Source: an uncultured Gammaproteobacteria bacterium
Lineage (GTDB): Bacteria > Patescibacteriota > Microgenomatia > Levybacterales > UBA12049
DNA: 64,000 bases
Reading direction: 5' to 3'
Assembly: GCA_964521295.1 (NCBI GenBank)
Contig: CAZFRF010000001.1
Span: forward strand, 71,751-135,750
The translations under genes were made by a program, and so were the position numbers. Below, one piece after another: positions 40,369 through 50,160 of this stretch. The notes beneath the pieces were generated by a model. That model made no database searches and was not told where the DNA came from. It saw nothing but the letters and a program-made list of their open reading frames with translations. The stretch's first letter is position 1. Every line of letters starts with the position of its first letter.

Positions 40369-41040
40369 TTAAAAATATAATCTTGGAGGATCAGTTTTAA
40401 AGCCTCTAATTCTGGCAATTGCTTTTCCTTGTTCTGGATGAAATGTTAGGATTTGTGCTTCTCTTTGCGTTAGTCTTCTGCGCATTCGTTGAGTTGCAGC
40501 TTCCAAATCTGCTTGTGCTCTTTCTATTCCTTCTGGATCAAGTAATATGTGCTCACGTCCTATTACAGTTCTTAGCTCATTGTATCCTTTTATTCTTGGT
40601 GTGTCTTGAATTCTGTAATGCCCTGTCCAGACGCCTTCTCCTGCTGCTGATTGGGTTCCAAAAACCCTACGGGTTAATCTATATGCAATAGGCGCAGGAA
40701 CTACAGCTGCTGTCTCGTCAATACCTGGATCTTGAGGCCTGTACATTTTTAAAAGAAATAATCTACTAGATTTGTTTGGTTGGTCAAGGTGCATTCTTCC
40801 TAGTAAATCTGCTCTTCCGTGCATGTCAAAAGCTTCGCCAAATACTCTTCCAGTAGAATTTTCCCTATATAAAAATCCACCAAATTGAGCACGTTCTGCT
40901 CCTAGAAATTGCTGCGTATATTGACCAGAAAAAGTATAAATATTAAATGCTTGTTCGCTTCTTGCACGCATAGGCGGATAATAACACCAAGGTTCTTTGT
41001 TGTCAATTAACTTGACTAAGATTCTAATTATCTCTACCAT
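40369..41040 (-). CDS. hypothetical protein (ORFan, Arg-rich)
   Basis: 223-aa ORF. No motif. Confidence 0.45.
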   Translation of the reverse strand: MVEIIRILVKLIDNKEPWCYYPPMRARSEQAFNIYTFSGQYTQQFLGAERAQFGGFLYRENSTGRVFGEAFDMHGRADLLGRMHLDQPNKSSRLFLLKMYRPQDPGIDETAAVVPAPIAYRLTRRVFGTQSAAGEGVWTGHYRIQDTPRIKGYNELRTVIGREHILLDPEGIERAQADLEAATQRMRRRLTQREAQILTFHPEQGKAIARIRGFKTDPPRLYF

Positions 41041-41046
41041 AGATTT

Positions 41047-43226
<2,180 letters not shown>

Positions 43227-43290
43227 CTAATATAACAGAAAGTTTTTATAATTTCTAGAGGTTTAATATTGTTTCTATTCTTGGATTAAA

Positions 43291-44583
43291 TTATATCTTT
43301 CTTCTTCCCAACCCTTTTACCCCTTCTAATAGTTGGTTTGGATTATGATCTATTTCGTGTGCCTTAGCAACTAAGTTTAATGTATTCTTTCCTGTTACTT
43401 CTGAGGTAAAAATTTCTCGTACTGATGGCAAAATGTATCTTAAAGCATCTGCTTGAAAAGCTGGATCAAACCCTGATTCTATATATCTTTTATACGCACC
43501 TAATTTATTTCTTAATCTGCCAAAACTCGTGTCTTGAAAATTATCTTCTTGAACTACTGTAATCGCAGGGTGATAAGGTCTTGTTTGTTCTCTGGAGGAT
43601 TTTAGCTGAATTAAAAAGTTTGTTCCTGTTTCAAAATTTCTAACTGTAATATCTGCTCCTCTCTTTAAATCTGGTCTTCCCACTTGAGGCATATCTTCAT
43701 ATCTTGCAGTTGGTATTACGATAGTTGAAAAATCTCCTTGCATTCTTAGGTACATATGAGCGTCAATTAGCCACATAAATTCTAATAGTTTGCCCTTTAA
43801 TACTGCTTTAGGTAAATTTGGATTAGTTAATAACTCCCCTTCTCCTAAAAATACTCTATCTATTGTTCTGATAGCGTCAGTAAGTAGCTGCGCCTTTCGT
43901 ATCTCGCTTACCTGATCATGAGTAGATTGTTGCGTTAAGGAGTCTAGCTTCAGCTGTGCTTCAACTCCTAGCATTAGGATTTGTGGGTCTTTGTATCTTT
44001 GAGTATCTGTTGCGAGATTTGCTACAAAATCAAACAAAGTGATTGCTGCTTTAGTACCTTTAATTCTTTTTACCTCTGTTTCTAGAAGATTTGGTTGGGT
44101 TCTTTGTATTGCCTCAGAGCCCCATATTCCTGCTGCCATCCAGTACATTTCTGCCGCAACAAAAGTATGCAGAAAATCATCTTTTGTGTAATCCCTAGTA
44201 ACATCTCTGTCATAATTTCCTTCTAAACGTTGCCTATATGAAGGAGTTGTTTTAAAAAGCTGAAATGCTGCATCTTCATATAAGGATGCTTTTTTAGCGG
44301 TTCTTTGTAAAATTGAGTCCATTGTTGCTAATAACTCGCTCTCATCTAAAGCTCGACTTTCAATTTTTATAACTGATAATACATTTGTTTCATCAATTGG
44401 ATCTTGAGCATGGTACCAAGCTAAAATCTGATCAGGTCTAGCTTCGCCTCTTATGATTTTCCCCTCTAGAGTTCTAATTCGGTTTGATGTACCTTTGGCA
44501 TCTACTCTTTGTAAATCTACAGATAAAGGAGTTGGTGTTGTTTTAGAAGTTTTTACGGGTGGTTTATTTCTTACCTCAGACAT
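43291..44583 (-). CDS. hypothetical protein (ORFan)
   Basis: 430-aa ORF, first gene of the 43.3-49.5 kb ORFan block. Confidence 0.45.
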   Translation of the reverse strand: MSEVRNKPPVKTSKTTPTPLSVDLQRVDAKGTSNRIRTLEGKIIRGEARPDQILAWYHAQDPIDETNVLSVIKIESRALDESELLATMDSILQRTAKKASLYEDAAFQLFKTTPSYRQRLEGNYDRDVTRDYTKDDFLHTFVAAEMYWMAAGIWGSEAIQRTQPNLLETEVKRIKGTKAAITLFDFVANLATDTQRYKDPQILMLGVEAQLKLDSLTQQSTHDQVSEIRKAQLLTDAIRTIDRVFLGEGELLTNPNLPKAVLKGKLLEFMWLIDAHMYLRMQGDFSTIVIPTARYEDMPQVGRPDLKRGADITVRNFETGTNFLIQLKSSREQTRPYHPAITVVQEDNFQDTSFGRLRNKLGAYKRYIESGFDPAFQADALRYILPSVREIFTSEVTGKNTLNLVAKAHEIDHNPNQLLEGVKGLGRRKI

Positions 44584-44667
44584 GTAAAAAGTATATCATG
44601 GGATTCTCGTAATTAGCTAAAAGACCAAGTCACCTAATGAGCTATTACTGTCTTATAGTTTGACTAT

Positions 44668-44994
44668 TTGAATACAATTAAATATAATTCGGGCATGAAA
44701 GAAATGTCTTTGAAAAAAAGAACTATAGCTTCAGGAGCAGCTGGTTTAGGAGCATTTGGTATTGCTGAGGCAACAACAGGATATATTAGAAGTCAAAATC
44801 CTTACTATGTAGAAAATTTGAGGAATCATTTAGATATGGTTCAGGTATTCGTTAATCCTGAAGCATTTACAGCGTTATATTTAGAAAATAGACCATTAGC
44901 AGGATTATTAGCTTTCTCTATCTTTGCAGCTTTAAGATTTTTGACTTGCAAGTATGCAAAAGAAACTCATGGGCATAAATCAGGACATCATTAG
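44668..44994 (+). CDS. small hypothetical protein with Gly-zipper hydrophobic segments
   Basis: IASGAAGLGAFGIAEATTG and LAGLLAFSIFAAL. Confidence 0.35.
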   Translation: MNTIKYNSGMKEMSLKKRTIASGAAGLGAFGIAEATTGYIRSQNPYYVENLRNHLDMVQVFVNPEAFTALYLENRPLAGLLAFSIFAALRFLTCKYAKETHGHKSGHH

Positions 44995-44997
44995 TCT

Positions 44998-45414
44998 CTA
45001 TCGTGGTCTATAGGTTGTTTCGTGATAATCTATCCTTTTAAATATTGCTTCTTTGACAGCCCCATGTAGAAGATGATTTTTAGTAGCTTTGATATCAAAT
45101 CCTTTAGCAACTCCTAAGAGTGCAAGTGTAATTAGTGCGGGAATGGCAGATGGTCTTTCTTGCCAAGGTAGATTGCTGTGTTCATTTAAGAAATTAAACG
45201 TAGTAAAAAACCCAAGTCCAATTGAAGCTCCCAAACTTAAGCCTGCAAAACGATCAGCAACTCTTGCGTCAAGTAATGTAAATTCTTCAGCTTCTTGGAT
45301 ATTTGCGTATTGTTCTTCTTTTAACTCGCCTGCTCCAACTCGATGTAAAACGCTAACGGGTGTAGTTCTTGCATCTACAACGACGTGAAGAGGCTCTCTC
45401 TCAAAAAATTTCAT
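44998..45414 (-). CDS. small two-hydrophobic-segment protein, tandem paralog A
   Basis: Shares the N-terminal motif H-x-V-x-(V/I)...T...(V/I)...and two Gly/Ala-rich hydrophobic segments with the next two genes. Confidence 0.4.
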   Translation of the reverse strand: MKFFEREPLHVVVDARTTPVSVLHRVGAGELKEEQYANIQEAEEFTLLDARVADRFAGLSLGASIGLGFFTTFNFLNEHSNLPWQERPSAIPALITLALLGVAKGFDIKATKNHLLHGAVKEAIFKRIDYHETTYRPR

Positions 45415-45451
45415 ATGCGGATTATATCTAAATAAAAGCTCTTGTCAAAAA

Positions 45452-45874
45452 TTATATTTCAAATTCTTGATCATACTGAGGTTTTTTATATAACTCAGCT
45501 TGATGTATGGCAACAATTTCTTGTTGATTTCTTTCTCTATCCCTGCCGCTTCTTAAAGCTAAATTGAGACTTAATCCCGCAGCAACAGTAAAACCGACCA
45601 CAGCACTAGTTGATATCTGAGGTTCAAGATTCAGAGTTAAGCTTCGTACTGCGCCTAAGGCGCTTAACATAAAAGTTGCAACTTGGGTTGATTCAAGAAG
45701 CATCCAGCCAGTTTCAAGTCTGCGCTTGGCTTTTTCAGCTGCTTTAAAACTTAAATAGTGGCCATCAGGAGTTTCTTCCCTACGTTGACCATTTGAAATT
45801 GTCGAAAATATCTCTATTCCCCTTGTTGAATTGATAACGCTAACTTTATGAATAGCTTTTTCTTGTTCGTGCAT
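45452..45874 (-). CDS. small two-hydrophobic-segment protein, tandem paralog B
   Basis: HKVSVINSTRGIEIF.. N-terminal motif, plus hydrophobic segments ATFMLSALGAV and AVVGFTVAAGLSL. Confidence 0.4.
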   Translation of the reverse strand: MHEQEKAIHKVSVINSTRGIEIFSTISNGQRREETPDGHYLSFKAAEKAKRRLETGWMLLESTQVATFMLSALGAVRSLTLNLEPQISTSAVVGFTVAAGLSLNLALRSGRDRERNQQEIVAIHQAELYKKPQYDQEFEI

Positions 45875-45876
45875 AG

Positions 45877-46317
45877 TTAATCTAAAGTATATGGCTTAAT
45901 CTGATCAAAGCTTGATAACGGAGAGCTTCTTATCTCTTCAATTGCCTGGACAAGCTGCGAATTTCTCGTTGCTTCTTCGCTGGAATCAGCTCTAACTAAA
46001 TTTCCTACATAGCCAATGGCTGCAGCACCAATTCCTACAATGGCGTGTTTTGGATCAATTGTCGAATGCATTAAAATGTCAGATATATTCCAGGCTAAGA
46101 TAAGTGTTCCACCTAAGCTTGTTCCCTGATTGACTTTTTCAAGAGCCACCCAGGCTAGAGTTCTTGCTATTGTTCTTTTGCGGGCGCTATCAATTGAAGG
46201 ATATGTTTGAGTTGGATGAATTTCCCTAAAACCATTTGCATAGCTTACAGAAGAACGAATATCTACCCTCCCTCCGGTTTGTTCTATTTGTACTCTATGT
46301 TTAGCTTCAATTGGCAT
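45877..46317 (-). CDS. small two-hydrophobic-segment protein, tandem paralog C
   Basis: HRVQIEQTGGRVDIR.. N-terminal motif, plus hydrophobic segments TLILAWNI and IVGIGAAAIGYVGNLV. Confidence 0.4.
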   Translation of the reverse strand: MPIEAKHRVQIEQTGGRVDIRSSVSYANGFREIHPTQTYPSIDSARKRTIARTLAWVALEKVNQGTSLGGTLILAWNISDILMHSTIDPKHAIVGIGAAAIGYVGNLVRADSSEEATRNSQLVQAIEEIRSSPLSSFDQIKPYTLD

Positions 46318-46386
46318 GGCAAGGATTATATGCCTTAAGTATATGAAAAGACAATAGTTATTTAACCGTATTTAGTCCTATAATAT

Positions 46387-46415
46387 TTGATTTTTATAGC
46401 TAATTTAGGTATACT
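46387..46415 (+). promoter_or_regulatory. sigma70-like promoter TTGATT-17 bp-TATACT, 8 nt before ATG 46424
   Basis: atatTTGATTtttatagctaatttaggTATACTttagtcttATG. Confidence 0.45.
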
Positions 46416-46423
46416 TTAGTCTT

Positions 46424-47197
46424 ATGTCAAAAGAAATACCACTTTTTTTTAAAGAGGTAAAATTTAAACCGCTTGTTCCAGGTGGTCCTATTCCTGTTGA
46501 CGATAAGGGAAGAACAGATAAAGAAGTTCCCGTAGGTAATCAAATTATTATCGATAGCGTGACGGGACAATATAGATATGATAGGCCTCTTTGGACAAGA
46601 GATTCAATATTGGATGATTTTTCCTATAAAGTTAGAGAAATTAGGGAGTCAGGCATTAGGATTCCTCTGGATGGAAGATCTGTTTTTTTAGTAAGAAGAG
46701 AGACATTGTTACCAGATAATGAAGATGAAAGAAGAAAATTAGTTGAAAAATATGGAGCAGGTATTTTAGGTACGCTCATTGGTGATAATGCAAGAATTGA
46801 AGATGGTAGGTTTATATCGCGTATTGGTTTTAGGGATCAAGAGCATGTAGTTTTACCGAGTGAGGTAATGAGAGTTATTGCGCATGAGCATGGTCATACT
46901 ATTGGAGAGCAGTTGCCGACTGTATGGGAAGAGATGAAAGCTTACGCTTTTGAAGGTTTTTTTATGTCAAGATACTTAGGTCAAGTTTATAAAATTGATG
47001 GTAGTGATGCTGAAAGTATGCATGAAATAGCTAGAAATAGAGTTTCCCAGCTAACACAAAGAGGAATAGATTATTTAGAGATATTAGCTCATTTAGCAGA
47101 ATATGGTTTTGGGGATTTTGGTCCAAGAGATTATGCAAAGCATGTAGGAAAAAGAGGAAGATTAAGAGGAAAGCTTACAAGACACAGGCATAATTAA
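46424..47197 (+). CDS. HExxH-motif protein, putative zinc metallopeptidase (paralog 1)
   Basis: VIAHEHGHTIGEQ ... EEMKAYAF ... ILAHLAEYGFGDFGP. Clearly homologous to the 48734 product (RRETL(L/V)P, AHExGH, EEMK.Y, ILAH, FG(D/E)(F/Y)GP). Confidence 0.5.
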   Translation: MSKEIPLFFKEVKFKPLVPGGPIPVDDKGRTDKEVPVGNQIIIDSVTGQYRYDRPLWTRDSILDDFSYKVREIRESGIRIPLDGRSVFLVRRETLLPDNEDERRKLVEKYGAGILGTLIGDNARIEDGRFISRIGFRDQEHVVLPSEVMRVIAHEHGHTIGEQLPTVWEEMKAYAFEGFFMSRYLGQVYKIDGSDAESMHEIARNRVSQLTQRGIDYLEILAHLAEYGFGDFGPRDYAKHVGKRGRLRGKLTRHRHN

Positions 47198-47356
47198 TTC
47201 AGTTATTTTTCTCCTGTTAAGTGTTTTATTTCTATTATTTGTAGGTCAGCAAGAGTTGATCCCCATTTGATATCGTAAATGAGCTGTTCTGCTCTTTGTA
47301 TTTTTAAAGCTTTTCTTAGTCTAATATTGGGATGAAGTTCTTTGAGACTATAGTAT

Positions 47357-47611
47357 TTATGGGTTTTTTGTAGTATTTGGAAAAGATTTAACGGTTGTGT
47401 TAAATTCTTGCAAAACAACTCTAGGATTTCCTATTCCAAACCTAAGCCTTAAAAGTGCCCAATTTAATTCTCCAGCGAGTTGGTTTTTACTTTCTTCTGT
47501 TGCTTGAGGATGAGCTAAATAGGCTTTATCAACTGCTCTTTCGGCTACAATCTTAATAGTTCTAAATCTTGTAAATGCAGGATGCTCGCCTGTTTCTGGA
47601 TGATATCTCAT
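47357..47611 (-). CDS. hypothetical protein (possibly continuous with overlapping ORF 47203-47418; frameshift not excluded)
   Basis: 84-aa ORF whose start overlaps the stop of the upstream gene (ATGA). A different-frame ORF overlaps its 3' end. Confidence 0.3.
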   Translation of the reverse strand: MRYHPETGEHPAFTRFRTIKIVAERAVDKAYLAHPQATEESKNQLAGELNWALLRLRFGIGNPRVVLQEFNTTVKSFPNTTKNP

Positions 47612-47612
47612 A

Positions 47613-48083
47613 TTAATACTTTGGGATATAACTTCTTTTAGGTTTTGCTCCGGTTGGTAGCTCGCCTACTTTTTGTTTGCTTTGTCTTGGTATTTTTGTA
47701 TCTTGCCAAGTGGTTGATCCTAATTCAAGCATTTTAAAAAGATTTAAATACCCATTCCTAACTGTTGCTTCACTTATTTCCTGCACCGCTTGCCTTATTG
47801 TTGGAGCAAATTCTTCTCTTGCAATTTCCCATTCTTCTAAGGGGCGTAAACCAGGCAGTCTGGGTGGTTTTCTTAACAAGCTAAAGGTAGCAATTACGCT
47901 AACACATTGAATTGCAGTTTGTTTTTCGACAGGAGTCATTGCGTCATAGTATCTGTGAAATCCTTTATACGCTTCAGCAGCTAGGGCATGAATTCCAGTA
48001 GGATTTTGTAAATTTACTGAGTATGGATATAGAGAGCTTTCAGTTACATTTTCAATGTATTTAAGGCGATATTTTTCCAACAT
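47613..48083 (-). CDS. hypothetical protein (ORFan)
   Basis: 156-aa ORF. Confidence 0.4.
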   Translation of the reverse strand: MLEKYRLKYIENVTESSLYPYSVNLQNPTGIHALAAEAYKGFHRYYDAMTPVEKQTAIQCVSVIATFSLLRKPPRLPGLRPLEEWEIAREEFAPTIRQAVQEISEATVRNGYLNLFKMLELGSTTWQDTKIPRQSKQKVGELPTGAKPKRSYIPKY

Positions 48084-48091
48084 AAGTAGTA

Positions 48092-48271
48092 TTAAGGCTT
48101 TCTTGTGGCTCTTACCTCTTGAGTATAGGCTGTTTGAATTTCATATAAGGCTCCAATTTTTTGACGAAGCGTTAAGCTTTGATCATGAATTACAGCTCCA
48201 AAAGCTACTTTTCTAGCAACTTGGGCTGAAGCAATATCAGGGTTTTTGGGATGTCTTCTTAAAATTTCCAT
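48092..48271 (-). CDS. small protein, 59 aa (not in ORF track)
   Basis: Hand translation of the reverse complement gives MEILRRHPKNPDIASAQVARKVAFGAVIHDQSLTLRQKIGALYEIQTAYTQEVRATRKP. GGTATAAT lies 6 nt upstream of the ATG. Confidence 0.3.
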   Translation of the reverse strand: MEILRRHPKNPDIASAQVARKVAFGAVIHDQSLTLRQKIGALYEIQTAYTQEVRATRKP

Positions 48272-48307
48272 TTATAAATTATACCAAGTTTGAGTCTGTA
48301 AATCAAA

Positions 48308-48646
48308 CTATAAGCCCTGCCCTTGTATGAGATTTAATTGAGTGTTTAGCTGGTTAACTTGTGAATTAACTAAATCCATTGAAAGTTTCACGTAAATAAC
48401 ACTAGAAAGTAAAGTTAAGGTTATTAATATTATGCCAATAATTTTAGCGGTAGGGTTTTTATCAAGTAAATATTTAATGCCTGGAAATAGACCCAAGGGT
48501 GGAAGCAAGATACTAATTAAATATAGATAAATTTGTTTACCTAAAGAAGTTGAAAGAGGTGGGTTTTTAAATCTATATCCACAATTAGGGCAAAAATTAT
48601 ATGTAGGTAAAATTTGATACCCGCATTTAGGACAAAGTTGATCCAT
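48308..48646 (-). CDS. zinc-ribbon membrane protein
   Basis: CPKCG....C..CG N-terminal zinc ribbon followed by two TM helices. Confidence 0.5.
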   Translation of the reverse strand: MDQLCPKCGYQILPTYNFCPNCGYRFKNPPLSTSLGKQIYLYLISILLPPLGLFPGIKYLLDKNPTAKIIGIILITLTLLSSVIYVKLSMDLVNSQVNQLNTQLNLIQGQGL

Positions 48647-48733
48647 AAATTAAGTATTTCATGTATTACAAGAAGTTGCAATTTTAGGCTTTGACTTGCT
48701 AATTTTGCTCTGCTAAGATTCATACAATTTGGC

Positions 48734-49477
48734 ATGATTGTAAGAAGTGAATTATATTTCCCTGATATAGAATTTGAATTTCCTGATCCACCTACTCCGA
48801 AATCAGAAGATCATAGAGCACTTGGGCAAATGCTTAAGGCAAAATTAAGAAAAGATGCAAAGGAAAAATCCCAAGATTCCCCACCGCCTTCTGTAAGTTA
48901 CTCAGAAAGTCCATTATGGAGCATACACGGGGTTTTAAAGAGTATGGATGCAAGATTAGCGGGATTAAGAGATAGGTATGGAGTAGCTTTACCAATGGAA
49001 AGAGTTGATATAGAGTTTGTAAGAAGAGAAACGCTTGTTCCAAGGAAAGGCAAAAAAAGAAATCAGTTAATAAATGCTTATGGTCAGGACATAGTTAAGA
49101 GTATTGTTGGATTACATACTCGATCAGCCAAGGGTGATCATAGTGTTAAAATTGGATATTATGGTGAGCAATATTCTAGGAGGCAGGAGCAAGTCGAGGG
49201 TACTTTGGCTCATGAGCTTGGTCACGTTTTCGGTGAGCATCCGCTTTTTGGCGTAGAATATGAAGAAATGAAGGGTTATAGCTTGCAAGCTCTTCTAATG
49301 GCAAAACCAGAGACGGGTGCTGGAGCAACAGGATCTTTGGTGCATGATAGGTCAAGGGGAATGCTTGCTCAATTAGGTAGTATGGGTATTTGTGAACCTG
49401 CAATTTTAGCCCATGTAACTGGGATTTCTTTCGGTGAGTATGGTCCTCAAAGTTATAGAGATTTAAGGCGTTTTTAA
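48734..49477 (+). CDS. HExxH-motif protein, putative zinc metallopeptidase (paralog 2)
   Basis: TLAHELGHVFGEHP ... EEMKGYSL ... ILAHVTGISFGEYGP, co-linear with the 46424 product. Confidence 0.5.
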   Translation: MIVRSELYFPDIEFEFPDPPTPKSEDHRALGQMLKAKLRKDAKEKSQDSPPPSVSYSESPLWSIHGVLKSMDARLAGLRDRYGVALPMERVDIEFVRRETLVPRKGKKRNQLINAYGQDIVKSIVGLHTRSAKGDHSVKIGYYGEQYSRRQEQVEGTLAHELGHVFGEHPLFGVEYEEMKGYSLQALLMAKPETGAGATGSLVHDRSRGMLAQLGSMGICEPAILAHVTGISFGEYGPQSYRDLRRF

Positions 49478-50118
49478 GATTCTAGGAACATGTTTTCTAA
49501 AGCTAGTCTTAAATTAACATTAGATTTTTTGAGTATTAAATAGTATTTATGCAGTGTTTTAACTAAGTTTTTATATCTATCTTTCTCAGGATTTAGAAGC
49601 ATTTTTTCCCTGGTAACGATAATTAATTTTTCTAAATAATTTAAAGCTTGCTCTTTGTCTTTGGCTAAGTCTTGAGCTAGTTTTAGGCTGTCATGCTCTC
49701 CTTTTATTATAGAATCTAATACAGTTTCAAGTTCTGTTTGTTCTTTGTCTTCAATTATTAGTTTGGTATCTAAGGTAATTAATTTACAACGCGATAGAAT
49801 CGTAGGCAGAAAGATGTTTTCAAAGGCCTTGAGAATAATAATTGTTGATAATGGTGGTTCTTCTAGGGTTTTAAGAAAGGCGTTTTGTGAGTCAGGAGTC
49901 ATTCCTAAAAATGTTTCTATAACTACTGCCTTTTTTTCTCCTTTTAAGGGTTTTAAAAATATTTTGGAATTAATACTTCTAATATCGGCAATTCCGACTG
50001 CTTTCTCGGGTGTAAAAGTGAAAATATCCAGCTCATTAATTTTTTCTGAGTTGATTAATTTCTCAGCTTCTTTTTGGATGTTTTCTTGATTTTTTCCGAG
50101 GATTATAAAACTTTGCAT
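49474..50118 (-). CDS. holB: DNA polymerase III delta-prime-like subunit, compact form
   Basis: NAFLKTLEEPP and ILSRC (sensor) motifs. Only 214 aa, and lacks a Walker A and a zinc module. Confidence 0.55.
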   Translation of the reverse strand: MQSFIILGKNQENIQKEAEKLINSEKINELDIFTFTPEKAVGIADIRSINSKIFLKPLKGEKKAVVIETFLGMTPDSQNAFLKTLEEPPLSTIIILKAFENIFLPTILSRCKLITLDTKLIIEDKEQTELETVLDSIIKGEHDSLKLAQDLAKDKEQALNYLEKLIIVTREKMLLNPEKDRYKNLVKTLHKYYLILKKSNVNLRLALENMFLES

Positions 50119-50160
50119 TTATATTGACTTTATATCATATTTTAACCTACTATAGAACTA

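Noticed and set aside
47203-47418. 71-aa ORF overlapping the 3' end of gene 47357-47611 in another frame
   Set aside because: It overlaps by 62 nt with no independent signals. It is either spurious or evidence of a frameshift in the upstream gene. This cannot be resolved by eye, so it is not listed as a separate gene.
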